NCBI GenBank assembly: GCA_050084515.1
Contig: CM114271.1
Location: forward strand, 27,962,001-28,026,000
DNA length: 64,000 nt
Reading direction: 5' to 3'
From: Blasia pusilla
Taxonomy: Eukaryota
Within the stretch, counting starts at the first letter, position 1; each line of letters opens with the position of its first letter. The position numbers were made by a program, and so were the translations under genes. Shown one piece after another: positions 1-13,300 of this stretch. The notes beneath the pieces were generated by a model. It did no database searches and was not told where the DNA came from. It saw nothing but the letters and a program-made list of their open reading frames with translations.

Positions 1-59
1 ATCCACTAACAAATGGGAGGGGCGCTCCACCCTCGCATACGCCCTCCATAACACCACAT

Positions 60-640
60 GGGGCACCAAGTTGGTCCACCATAGACGCGGGCGATGGGCT
101 CTAGAACCTACACTCGTCACATCCAAGAACACTGCTGGGCCAATCCAGGCACGTACCTGATGAGCACTCATCACCACCCGTGACCTGGAGTCTCCTAAGA
201 TTGGCACGTTCTCCAGAATGTAGACTGGAGAACGAGACTAGTGCTCCTACAACTGCCATACAATCCTCAACATCTCACATAACAACCTAGATCGAGTGTC
301 AGCCAGCCCGCTGCCTCATCCAGCACTCGATTGGCCTTGTCATGGCCAACCGACAATGACCAAATCAATGGTCCCTACTCGCTCTAAGTCCTATGCCCCC
401 AGCAAGGAAATATCCCTTAGTAGGGAACTCTGGTGCCCCTGTACCGCGGACGTAAACAATAAGTCAGGAAAACGTAGGCCTTACTGCGCCACATGTCAAA
501 ATGAGATGCGCCTCGCAACATCATCACTCTCCACATAGAGGTACTGCTACACTTGCACTCTGCCTTCAAAACAACAGCTAACCCGATGCTAATCCCTCCA
601 AAGAGATCTAACACTCAAATATCCTCCTCCGGGATACACC
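60..640 (-). pseudogene. C5 cytosine DNA methyltransferase domain remnant in retroelement copy 1
   Basis: Minus-strand translation shows motif I LDLFGGISIG, motif IV IDLVIVGWP*QG (catalytic Cys codon now TGA), motif VI ILENVP and motif VIII RAHRPRLWWTNL. Frameshifted. Confidence 0.85.
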
Positions 641-1912
641 ACACAATGGGTGTGGTATCCAAGGGTGTCATCGTAGCACTCCCTGCTACCTCGGGTTTCT
701 CAGACCCGTCACGCTCTGGTGCAAACGCCTTGCTCCACGCGGTTTGCACGTACTTATCTACCAATCGTTGAAGTTCCTGAATCCAACAAGATGCTTTGCG
801 GACTAAAAGGCCTATCTCCGAGACTCACCAACTTGAAGACCTCTCCCTGGTTATCCAACAACACAACACCAGGAGAAGCCATGGCACGCTCTATGGCGGG
901 TCTAGCGGACATCTCCGCCATCCTAGCAGCCGCAGCCTGGCATGAATTTGACGAGCATCCGCTCCAAGGGCAGGTCCATCACCTCCTCTGCAATCACCTC
1001 TGAATGTGATGCAGGAACTCCAACTCCGCGCTCACATAGTGAAACGGCCAGCCGAAAAGCCTCGGCGGGTGTACCCCCCAACGTCATAACATCGGAAGCA
1101 AAAAATAAAGGAGTGCGGTACACAACGATGGCCGCCCCCAACAACGTGCTCGACACATGCCCCTCCTGAGCATCAACAATAGGAGTCGTCGCACTTGCTT
1201 CTCCTATGGCCCTCTGTGCCTACACACCAACAACATCACCAACTCTCCAGGAACTTTGATGAGGACCCATCGATGGGGTTCTCATCGCTTTGGACAACGT
1301 GAAAGACTGAGGAAGCCTAGTATGTTTTCTGGCTTCCCCTTGTTGTGGATCCAACTCTGCGGCTACTCCACGTGTCACAACTGCGGCGGCCTCCATCTAG
1401 GCAACCCCGCACATCCAACCACGATCCTCCATATGATGTCGATGCCACGGATCCGGTATCGGGTAACCTCAATGCCATAGAGACAATCTGCTCCTGTAGC
1501 TGCTGTATCTGAGCAGCTATCCTAGCCTCACGTTCGGCGTCTCCCTTAGCGCGTCTAGGTGGTGGTACTCTACCTCCTCCACGGGCAGCTCCACTATCCT
1601 GTCAGGCCCCAACCTCTCTAGGCCCACCCGGATCGGCTACTCGCTCTAGTGCCCTCTCTAGCCCTCGTTCCGTACGTAACTCAGGATATAAACTGAAACA
1701 CCATACCTCTGACAATAGTCACACCAATAACCTCCTGGTGCAACACCATCCTCTCCTCCATGCTGAGGCACACGTCGATGACCCTGACGAGTGCAATCTC
1801 GCTGATGATGGGCTCCACCACATGACCAAGAAGTAATAGTAGGCGGCTGCTGCTGAGCCGCATATGAAGGTGGAGGTCTCTGTGGCAGGGCCCTCCAGTA
1901 TCCTCCCTAAGC

Positions 1913-2593
1913 TCATGGTGCCACAGTCGACCTATCTTGGAGTCCACATTGCTGCACAGGTGGTGCAGCCAATCGTGACTGCTCTCGCCCAAAACCCATG
2001 GTGGCTACGCTCTCCTCCGCTATGTTGCGCTCAATGTTCTCGGCGGTCCTAAAAACATCTCTCAACGTAGGGAAGGTGTTCATAAGAAGCACCCTCGCCC
2101 GCACCCGTGTCTGTAGGGTCCGATCCCGCATCGCGTACCATGACTGGAAAGCCTGAGCCTCTGTCACCCCTTGAATGACGTTGATCAACCGGCGCAAGCG
2201 AGTGTTAGCCTCACGCAAAATCTCACATGGGCGCCTCTGGAAGTCGTGGATGCTCTTCAACTTCTCCGTCCGTACAACCTGGTAGCTCGCCCTCAACCAC
2301 AGGGTTGAACCTGGGATGAACCCGACTAGACGGTGCAACTGCTCCAGTGCGAGTGATCCCTCATAAAATGTCACTAGTGGAAGAGGAAGTAGCCTCTCTT
2401 GACTCCTCCTCCTCATCTGGGAACGGCTCCGTCCATGACACATAATGTGGGTCATAGTAGAGCCTCCACACCTCGATCTCACATGCATATCTATGAGAGA
2501 ACTCTGGTAATTGCCCATGGGCGCCCCCTCTAAATGCTGGAACATACCGTTCCATGTTGTACACGGGTTGAACTCTCTAGAGTTCCTGGCCAT
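1913..2593 (-). pseudogene. gag-like ORF remnant of copy 1
   Basis: Homologous by eye to 53811-54720 (FQHLEGxPM, EKLxSxxxFxR, LRExxTRxRRLI, PTLxxVFxxxExIExN). Confidence 0.75.
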
Positions 2594-4386
2594 CTAGGAG
2601 TCGCACCAACTCCTAAACTCTGCTATGAAATTGTGCCTACTGCACCTGAAAACCTACGCCGTCCTCCACCCCGGTCGTCCATCTCGTACGCCCAACTGGT
2701 AGGACCACTCACAATGTGTGGCGATGTGCTCACAAACTCCTCTACACCGTCCCCCTCATCTGACGATGACAAAGAAGGAGGTCAAGGTGGTCCCTCACGT
2801 GGAGACTCTTGGAACCTCACGCCACTCTGCGTAAAACCTCTAGAGCTACTCTCGGGTTCACCACCTCGCCTCTCAAAGTCCTGAACGGACGCCGTGATGA
2901 CCCTTGTGACCCTCTCATCCGATCACTCTCAACCTCTCGAGTAATCCCTCAATCACTCATCCCAAACATGCGGCACTCGACCAAGCTATCATCTCATCGA
3001 CAACCTACCCTCAACTCCGGACATCCCACACAGGTCTATGTCCCCTAAACCACATACATGAATGATGCTCTCAACATCCAACAACCCAAAATCCCAGAAT
3101 CTCTCACACGTGCAGGGTAAAGGCCCAGAATGGGTAACCTAAACACATGTCGATGTCGCTCCTCCGCAACTGCAAATCTCGACCCCAACTCGGTCGTGAA
3201 GACAACTTGTGCAATCATCAAGTCATACTCCTCTCGTATTGACGCTGCTCAACCTCCTCGATGTGCAATGCACGGAACTGGCGGCACGGAATGGCTACAA
3301 ACAGCATGGCACTCGGGAATGGGGTGCGGCACTTGGCGGCATACCCTCCTCAATCAACAATTCACACGCTCTTCTCCTTAGTGAAGGAGCGGTTCCACGA
3401 TCGAGACGGTGCGGTGCGGCCATGAGCGGCACGGCGCAGCAATCGGCGGCGCGTTGCGGCTACGGGTGTCACGGCACGGTACTTGATCATCGTTGAGCGG
3501 CTACCAATCACAACATAGCAGCATGAGATCAAAACTCAAAGACCATAACTGAAGGTCATCTGCCATCATTGGTTGATGACGAAACTGCGATGACGGTGGC
3601 GGCCAAAACAAAGTATGTGGTGGCGACGCAAGTCAGAGAATCAACAAACTTCGTGGAAGACCCTCCACTCCGTAATGGCAGAAATGGCAGAAATGGCAAC
3701 CAAAGGGTGGACAACGATGACGGTTGACCGTTGATGATGAAGGTGACGGTTGACCATTGACGATGATGTTCGACCATCGACGGTGACTATGACGGCGATG
3801 GCCTCCGCCGGCCTGGCGACTGGTTTAGGGTTTGAACAATTTAACCCTAAAAATTGCCTAACAATGGCAGTTTTGCAAGATTGATCATAACTTTTTGCTT
3901 GCAACTCCAAATTGTGCATTGTTTGTTGCACAACGTGCAGAGCTTCACGATCTACGATAACATCAAAAAATATTTAGAATCATACATTCCAATAAAACCT
4001 GACAAGGATTGTCGTAAATCCCAATGTCTCTTTCTTCTACACAAAACCTGTAAAAATAGAAATCAGCAAGCTACATGGTGCTCCCGAGAGCGCCGACATG
4101 GGGCAACCCGCCCCCATAATCAATCCCCATTAGAAATTGGGCACCGCTTCCGCGTGCCACTCTTCCATACAAAAAATTGGCAAATGCAAAGAACAATCAA
4201 ATCAGCCCTTGCTTCGGTAAGCAATCCCATGAGCCGTTAAACGAGAAACACGGTCCTCAACCTGAAAAAAAACGAGTGACCAACGGGCTCCCCCATGAAG
4301 CTCTGTCACTCTCTCATTCTCTCTTTGTAAAATAAGATCCAATTTCTCTCACAACACCATAGTTCTCACATGTGTGCACTCTTCCA

Positions 4387-5013
4387 TGTCGTGCGTAAAC
4401 ACATCGCTACACAACATACATCGTTGTCATCAAACACACACAATCCCATGCTAACTCATGGCATCCATATACAGAGGCGAGAAGTACCAAATATCTCCAA
4501 AATAATAAGATCCAATCTCTCTCACAACACCATAGTTCTCACATATGTCCACTCTCACATGTCTGTCTCAATGTCAAACCAAACCCACTCTCCTAATGAG
4601 AGGCTTGGGTTACACACACAAGGCAAGACCATAGCTCTGCCGCCTCATGCTAAGAGGTTCAACAAAGAGAGAATGAGCTCTCAAGCTCTCTCTCTTGGAG
4701 GTATACCCCCTTCCCTCTCCCAAGCCCTCTCAACGATAACATTTGCTCGTAGGTCATCTCCTTGGCTCTTGACCTGCTGTAGCGGGTCAAGGGCCACTTC
4801 CCAAAGTGGAAAGTCAACTATCCCCAATATGGAAACTTACCCCAAATAGTAAGTTTTTCTATATGGCTCCAAATAAGCCGAAACGAAGGGGAAACCTACT
4901 CTCTCAGCTTTCCTAGGGCCTCAACAAGTCATCCTCAACCTCTTGGGCCTGTCCTCCACTACTCGTGCAGACGCTCTGCTAGATCCTACCGATCTATCCT
5001 AACAGTCGTGACA
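4387..5013 (-). repeat. A+B terminal-repeat unit of the DNMT retroelement family (TGTCACG...CACGACA)
   Basis: The reverse complement aligns with A2 (7121-~7620) and B (~6990-7118, ~7620-7731). A second piece of the A 3' end follows at about 4331-4386. Confidence 0.8.
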
Positions 5014-7731
5014 AACATCATTACTGACCATTAGCCACTTAAGTGGTTGATGGAGTCCGACAAGCTTACAGGGAAGCTTGCGAGGTGGGCTCTTTTGTTG
5101 CAGGAGTATGACTTCCAAGTGGTTCATAGACCTGGGACGCTCAACCAGGATGCAGATGGTTTGAGTCGTAACCCATGGCCGAGTCAACGAGATGCGACTC
5201 GAGCTCGTTGACATGGTGAGAGTGATGAGGAGTTGGTGCTAGGATGGCATGCATCAGCCTAATTAGGCTTGTTGGCTAAGGAGAGCCAGATTGCGGAGAC
5301 TTCAATGGCCAGGTCTGATGGAGAGTCCTTAGATCTAGAGGTCGGTGAAGAGACGACAGGTGGCCGAGACATTCACGATGATGGATTGGTCTTGGAGTAC
5401 ATGCGTACTGGCAGCGTCGCAAGCATAGTAGGTGTTAGAGAGCGGGATCGGATCCTACAACGAGCCAGACAATTCCGGTGGGAGGATACACATGTGTTGC
5501 GAGTGTGGGAGGATGGTAGAGTGCGTGTAGTGCCTCATCCTTCGTAGAGAGCACGTTTGGTGCGTCATATCCACGAGGAGTTGAGTCATTTTGGAGTAAA
5601 GCGGACATATAGCTTGCTCCAGATTCAGTATTGGTGGCGAGGCATGCAGACTAACGTTCAGCACTTTGTTGCCAGATGCATGGTGTGTGATCGAGTCCGA
5701 GCATCGTTCAATGCTCCAACTCCACAGTTGCATCCACTTTTGATCATGGGTTTAGGTTATAGATGGAGTTTGGATTTTGCAAGACATTTGCCTTAAACGG
5801 AGCACCATAGTCGTTATGTGTTGGTGATGATCGAGCAGTTCTCGAAGTGGATAGAGTTGGTTGCATTGCTTGACAAAGCGAGTGAGGGAGTAGCATATGC
5901 CTTCGTAGATCGAGTGCTAAGTCATTACGGCCCACCAGTTGAGGTATTGACAAACTAGAGTACACAGTTCCGCGGGGAGTTTTAGGCACTGATCGACCAT
6001 CGCACTACTTCACGAGATTATCCTGAGGCGGATAGACTAGCGGAAGGGGTTGTGCATACAGTGAAGAGAGGACTACGCAAGTATGGCTTGCAGAGAGGTC
6101 ACCTAGGAGATTAGGACCTTCAGTCGCCGTGATTGGCGATGGGATACAGATTCAACATATATGCATCCTAAGCGTCTTTCTCACCGTACTTGTTGCTTTA
6201 TGGCCGTAAGCCAAATTTACGTGCGGCCATTCGTCGAGATACTGGTGAGGTGTTGAACCTTGATGACCCTGATGTATGGATGCGAGCATGTTCTGAGAGG
6301 GCTAAGTTATTTCGAAGAGTGATATCCATGGCATTTGAGAACTTTGCGATTGCACAACATCGAGATACGTTGAGCTATGCGACTATTCGAGGAGGTGGTT
6401 ATCAACCTACTATCCAGAGGTTTCATCAGAGAGACTATGTCTACTTGCAACAGACGGTACCAACGACGTTGGATGTGACTGCAAGGCGCATCATCTTGAG
6501 AATGCGTGAGGTTTTACCATCCGGTGTTCTCTTATTGGAGGGACGCGATGGTATGGTTTGGAAGGACCATGTGCGTAACTGTACGTCATGTCATCTCCCG
6601 AACATTGACGATACAGTTGATGCGAGCTTAGCAATAGTTCGTGCAAGCTTGCGGCGTATGTTGTGTGGTTCCGCCCGTGGTGCAACCACTATACTAGTCT
6701 GTGATAGATGTTCGAGAGGATGACATATGGCATATTTGACGCCACCTCTCACTAGGGTTCCTCAATGACGATGGATGTGTCCCAAATATATATAGAGTAG
6801 GTAGTTTAGATAGTAGGTAGTTCTACATTCCGAGTTGTGTCTATCACATGGATAACAAGAAGGCGACTAACGATGGGGCCACATGAACACTCGGCCTTCT
6901 TGGTCTTAGCGTCCAAGAGATGTATGTCATGGTAAATAGTTATAGATGGTTATCTGCACTTAGAGGGACCTAACCACCAACTAAGGGGACGATTGAGATA
7001 TTTTGGTACTTCTTGTCTCGTTGTTTGGATGTCATGAGTAAGCGTGGGATCCTGCATGTTTGTGTGTATGTTCGATAACAACGATGTATGTTGTGTAGCG
7101 ATATGTATCCGCACGACAGCTGTTATGTCTCCTAGGATATATCCGTGAGATCTAGTAAAGCGCCTTCTTTTGTCGCAGAGGATAGACTCAATAGGTCGAG
7201 GATGACCTGCTGAGACCTTGAGAAACATGAGAGAGCACGTTTCCCCTTCGTTTCGGGTCATTTGGAACCATATTGAAGAAGTTACTATTTTAGATAAATC
7301 CAATTTTAAATTTATGACCAACTTTCTATTTTTGGTAAATGATTCTCGATTTCTTACATCAGATCAAGAGCCAAGGAGGTGACTCGGGAGCATAGATTAC
7401 CATGGAGAGAGTTAGGGAGAAAGGAGAAGCATATTTCAGAGAGAGAGTTTGAGAGCTCATTCTCTCTTTGTTAAACCTCTTGACATGAGACAATGGAACT
7501 ATAATCTTACTTGCCATGAATGTGTGTAATCCAAGCCTCTCATTAAGAGAGTGGATTTGGTTTGTCATTAAAAGACACTTATGAAAAATATAGTGTTATG
7601 AAAGAGATTTGCTCTTACTTTATTGAAAATATTTCAATACTTCTTGTCTCGATATTTGGATATCATGAGTCTGCATACAATCATACGTGTTTGTGTATGT
7701 ATTCCATAACAGTGATTCTATGCGCACGACA
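5014..7731 (+). mobile_element. DNMT-family retrotransposon copy 2 (3' half: RNase H end, integrase, PHD, B1-A2-B2 repeats), degenerate
   Basis: TDH*PLKWLMESDKLTGKLARWALLLQEYDF; integrase HHCC (HEELSH...CMVC); PHD remnant LCGS...VCDRCSRG*H at about 6655-6790; junction CACGACA-GC-TGTTATG at 7112-7127; element ends CACGACA at 7731. Confidence 0.88.
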
Positions 7732-8374
7732 AAGACTTCCTAACATCATAACTAACTAATCAAAGTTTGGAATTATTATTTATATTATTCTTAATTGGCC
7801 CTTTAATCTTGACTCATGCTTCAATTGTCACTTTCGCATGACCAATAATAGGAATTTAGAGAATGGAGGACTAGAAACACTATTGAGAAAGAGCAAGCAA
7901 ATGATGCATAATCTCTAGAGGTGCTAACTTATCAAAAAATACGAGTCTTGTGGCAACATCTAGCCATAAGACTAGCCATTCGAATATATTCAAAAATATA
8001 TAAGATACCATATTGATTTGTGGAGAAAAAGATGAAATAAGGCACCGTGTTGCATATCATTTAGGCATGGAAGGAAGACTTGATAGTTTCATCTATTAAT
8101 ACTTCTTATGTAAAGAATCTCCTTGGAGAAAAACCTCTTTTTGCCATTCACACAATGAAGAGTATTTTGAAAAATATGAAATAGAAAATTATAACCACAC
8201 TAAAAAGGTTTATACCATGCGACAACATTACCAATAGAAACAAACTTTACAATCCCCGCAAGCCTTGTGATAATATCTTTACAGTTGTGGATGATTGAGA
8301 ATCTTAAAGAGGAATTAAGTTTGGAACAAGGAGAATCTCTTTTTCAAAAAGGTCAGATTAAAAAAACTAAACTC

Positions 8375-9482
8375 AATTACAAAACTCACAAATCAACCCC
8401 AAAGCAATTTCTCGACTAGAGAATCCAAGCTTCGAAAGTTTCAATTTAAACTTCCCACATACCTCAAACATATCCTTGAGAGCCCTAAATTCTTTGCGAA
8501 CGTTGCCAAACATTTGAAAAGAAAACTTATTGTAAGTATGTAGTTGTCATGCTCCAACTTGAAAAGTAGGTTGCAACATGTGCCCTATGTTGAAATTTGT
8601 TAATATCTAGTTTAATCATGCTCTAAAAGTAATTAGTCAAATACTAACTTAGTTGGATACTAATTTAGTTAGCTAGAGATAACTTAGTGTTCCTCTATCT
8701 TTTTAGGGTAATCTTGAATTAGGGCAATTCTCGAGTTAGGGCTAGCCACCATCTGTTATTTAGGGTATGGATCTGTTCAAGAAGATCCAAGGGCCAGAAG
8801 GGCTCACCTTCATGTATATAATGTCTCTATTTAGAAAGTAAAAGTCAATTCTACAGCATGCACAATTTTGATAAGGACTCCTGAGGCTCTTGGTCCTGCT
8901 GCCGTGTAATCAGAGAGTAGGAAGAGGAGATTGAGACTTATTGTTGTGCTTGCTAGAGCCTCACTGGAAGGCAAGTTATTTTGTCTAGTATGCTGATGGA
9001 GATTGTTTGTGCTCAATGGTGAGCCATGTCTGATCTCTGAGCTAGTGACATATGAGGACCTGTAGTGTGAGTGCAAGGTGTGACTGTAGAATCCTTCTTA
9101 GTATCTCTTAGATAGTAAGAAGAGTCACAACATGGTAGGGCTCTGATTTGGCAATAGAAATAGGAACTGATTTATTGATTGTGTACAAGCTGAAATCATG
9201 GATGGTCTAGCTGATGCTAGCTCTGACTTTGTACACGGAGATACTTCTGCTGGTCCATCATTTTCTCATAAATTATAAAACTCACAAATCAACCCCAAAG
9301 CAATTCCCCGACTGGAGAATCCAAGCTTCGAAAGTTTCAATTCAAACTTCCCACATACCTCAAACATATCCCTGAGAGCCCTAAATTCTTTGCGAACACT
9401 GCCAAACATTTGAAAAGAAAACTTATTGTAAGTGTGTAGTTGTCATGCTGCAACCTGAAAAGTAGGTTGCAACATGGCCCCT
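8375..9482. repeat. ~210-bp direct duplication (8375-8586 / 9271-9482) flanking the solo LTR
   Basis: AATTAyAAAACTCACAAATCAACCCCAAAGCAATT...GCAACATG appears on both sides of the LTR. Confidence 0.85.
8588..9268 (+). mobile_element. solo LTR, family X (~681 bp)
   Basis: TGTTGAAATTTG...TTTTCTCA; near-identical to 15839-16134+26510-26894 and to 33723-34405 (reverse complement). Confidence 0.85.
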
Positions 9483-10095
9483 GTTATCCAAGGAAAATTT
9501 TCTCCCCGGAGTGACAATACATTGCCTAATAAAAAACATTGAATTCGTTTCTTATCGTATAATCTGATGTTTCTTGAGCCTCTTTCTGTTTTTTTATGAG
9601 CCAGTTCCGTTATAATAACCATCAAAAGTTAGTTACAGTGCAACTCATCTCCAATCAAACACTGCTTTTTAGAGAATCGATTCGTAAAATAAGCAAATTC
9701 TAAACTCTCAATCATGTGAAATGTTGAAAGAATTTTGTGCAGCTTTAGTAGACAGCAAGAAGTCAGACTATGCTTAGTAAATGACCTCATTCAATTTAGG
9801 AGGAACTCTATGCTAGGTACATGATTACACCTGACGCTCTTACATAAAACTACCGATTCTATCCAGCAAGAAAGTCTTACGTTACTGACCTGTCATCTCA
9901 CACTGCTTGTTTAATTCCTGGACCGTAGAGACTACAAGGGCGCACACTGGTTACCTGTCACCTCCCATTTCTTGCTTAATACACGGATCGTAGAGGTTCC
10001 AAGGCTACTACGTTTTCCACTTACTTCAGAAACATAAGCTGTTCTCTGATTGGTTCATTCTGTACACCCAAGTTTGGCTCTTTCCTGCAGAAAAC

Positions 10096-10312
10096 TTAAA
10101 TTACACCGAGGATTGAGGTGGGTCTCTGTACTAGCTTTGGGTGTGTAGCAGCATAGATTGAAGTGTTAACGTCAGCACTGAGATGACGAAATAGGTGCTG
10201 CAAATCTGGACGTAGGCGCTCCACGGCCTTACTACATAGCATAAGAGTTTCAGGTCGGGGTTTGCCACCTGCTTGGTTTGGTCCCTGTACCTCCAGCATC
10301 ACCGCATGATGC
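10096..10312 (-). CDS. MED23: MED23 exon 21 (stop)
   Basis: HHAVMLEVQG...SIYAATHPKLVQRPTSILGVI*. Confidence 0.9.
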
Positions 10313-13300
10313 CTGTCACAAAAGAAAAGCTCATTAGTACATGTGAGGGTAAACTGTACCAAAATCAATTGGTGGCTCCAATGGCATGTGCTGGGGGACA
10401 TGCAATTTGAATTAATTGTCAGCATGCAAATCATATTCAATACGTGTAGATAATGAACAAGAGATGTTTGTAAAACAAAGTAACTTGGAGTTTACTATAG
10501 TGAAGAGTAACTGATAGAATTACTATAGTAACTTAGTGTTTTACCACAGTAAATAGTAATTTCTTGTTACTATAGATTTACCTCAGTAATTCTGAGAATT
10601 ATTGTGGGCGGCAGGCCCTAACCCTAAAACCTAGAAACTCATTCTCTTGTCTGTATATAACCCTCTGAGGGTGCCCTGCGAAATTACATTCTCTTACACC
10701 TTTTTTGTACACAACTCTCTGAGCTGAGGAGCTGATTGAGCAGCATTGAGTGTGCTTTGCTTACCTGAGTGGATTGTGCTTCTGACCTCAGTAGTTCAGT
10801 GTGCTGCTACTTACACACTGAGAGGTCTGCTGACCTGAGGGTTTAAGTGAGTCTTGTGATGCAAGGTGTAGTAGTACTAACCTGAGAGGTTGCTATTGAG
10901 ATGTCTACTGCTGCTAACCTGAGTGGCTGCTATTGCACTAAGTGTGATTGAGAATGCTAGGTAGTCTGGTGATACAGGTTGTCTAATGCTTTCCTCTACA
11001 ATCTAACCTGAGTGGTTGCTATTGCACTAAGTGTGCTTGTAATAGCTAGGTTGTAGAGAAACTCTGATATTCTAAAAAGAAATACCAAAAAAATTGAAAC
11101 TGGGTCGGACACTCACAAAAAGTCCACAAGATCTGATATTTCAGTTGGATCACAACCACTAGATTGTGGTGAGTTGCGACCAAATACATCTGCCATTATT
11201 GTGAAAAGCAAAGCAAGTGTCTGCACAATTTCCACATGAAAGTTAGAGAATCTCTTGGGAATAAGTCAAGTATTGTTGCTCAGTGCTCTCATGCCCAGAC
11301 TTGGAAACAAATTTTCAAGGTAGCATACAGATTTGAAAATTTATGCTACCTTGAAAATAAATTTTCAAATTCTTGGAGGTAAAAGTATCACTGGACCTTC
11401 TACTTCTTCAGCCAATTTCTTTTAATGTCCTAGGACATTAGCTATCGTCAATTTTAGTGAAAAATGGAAGAGATTACCTTGGCAAACAGGGGTCGTGATA
11501 TGACCAAGCGAGGTAGTAATGGTCCCATGATTCTGAAGGCAAGACGCAAGTGGGCAACAGAACAAATAGGTCTTTGAAGAGTGATCACAGCATGCATCCC
11601 CTCCAGCCAATCATAGGGCAGATTTGAACCAAATGCATGAAGTAGAGCCAAAGTGTTACCTGGAAACAGGAACACATTATATAAATTTAATCATGTACTT
11701 GGAGTAACTGGAAACTGATACAACGTTTTGCTGAAGGGGTTGCCGAGTCATTCATAGGAACAATTCCAAGCATCCTCTCAACTCAATCAGAACCGTTTCA
11801 AGTGATCGGATATCAAAATTAACCAATTGTATAGTCACGGCACCAGAGAGAGACCCTCACAGCTCACCTACTATACTTGACATCTCGTCTTGAACCGCCC
11901 ATGTCGGATCCCACAATGTGTGACCAAAAACTGCATCCAGCTCCCTGGCAGGTGTATTTTGGTCTGTCACCCACCGGCAGTCTTTGATGATTCGTGCTGT
12001 TTCTGAATAGAAGGCACCGTGGAAAGCTGTGGGTAGTTGTGCCAGAAGGAGACCACAAGCTTGTATCATAAGGGGACAAGTAGTAAGTAGTATCCCATTG
12101 CTTGAACCAGAGGAAGAATTAGCTTGATTGGAGCTATCTACACCAACGTTTGTGGGTGAAGTAGGCAACAATGGGCTTCTTGGAGTTCCCACTCCACCAG
12201 TACCAGTAACAGATCCATGGGAAGGAGGAGAGGGTATACGGATGGCTACATTGACAAGCATCGTTACAACCTGATTGGATGGTGGAGGCAATGACAACAG
12301 CTCAACCACAGCAGTTTCAAGTACAAGCTGACTATAAGTTCCTGGGTCTTGATTCTGATAAAATGCTTTCTGAACTTCTGCAGTATTGCCTGTGTTGCCA
12401 GTCCCAGATGCCTGATTTCTATTAGATCCTGAACGAGACAATGCCGGTAATGCATCAGGTCCAGAATAGGACATCCTGGTTTTGTTGAAGGCTGGTATCA
12501 CCTTGTTAACTAGCCCAAGCAGCAGATTAGAGTAGTAATCATATGAGAGAGTATTCCCTGGATTGAGAGAAGACACATGCTGTAGGAACGCCTCTGAAAA
12601 TGTTATCTGGTCAGAACAGAAGATCAGCTCTGTGAGAACTGAATCCTGTAATTGAATATAGACAACAATGATTCTCCATAATCAGCACCATAAATCAACA
12701 TACAGAGTTTTCAGACATAAAGGCTGTGAGCCAACCTTATTGAAGTCCAGACTGCCAAGAAGATCCAAAACGAGTTTAGAAGGAAGACTGCCGTAGAAGT
12801 AAGCCAGCGTATCTCGGACAAATGTAAAGTGTGCTGGATGATGAAACAATAATCTTGAGTATAATACCAGCAGGTGATCTGCAGTCTCTGTAGCATCATT
12901 TTCTATCAAGCGATAGATGATCAGAGGTATAACTGGTAGTGCTCGCAAGCACATTTCATCAAAAAATATGGGGTACCTGTTTATAAGCACACATAATATT
13001 TCAAAATGAGAAATTAAAATATTATAAGCTCAAAGAGAACAAGGCCTTTATCTTCCTACATAACTTCAACTTTTCTCGTAAATATTTGCTTACAGTTTTA
13101 CAGCATAGTTGAAGTCCTTCACATGACTATTGGCAAATTCAGATAAAGAGTTCTAGTGGTTGCCCATCTGACCACTCCGATGCTCCACCTGTATGATATT
13201 TTTTCTTCTCCAATGCAAGACAATGCTTTCGTGAGCATGCTCCTGGAGATTAGGTCAAGGTGATATCTCCAAAGCATGTGAAGTATCCCCTTCAATCAAA

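Larger units (their letters stand above)
1..5013 (-). mobile_element. DNMT-carrying Ty3/gypsy-like retrotransposon, copy 1 (5' half: A repeat, 5' UTR, gag, DNMT; runs out of the window), degenerate
   Basis: Minus strand starts TGTCACG at 5013. The gag remnant (WNGMFQHLEGAPM...EKLKSIHDFQRR) matches gag at 53811-54653, and the DNMT motifs at about 60-640 match 56620-57560. It abuts the RNase H TDHxPL motif of copy 2 at 5014. Confidence 0.85.
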
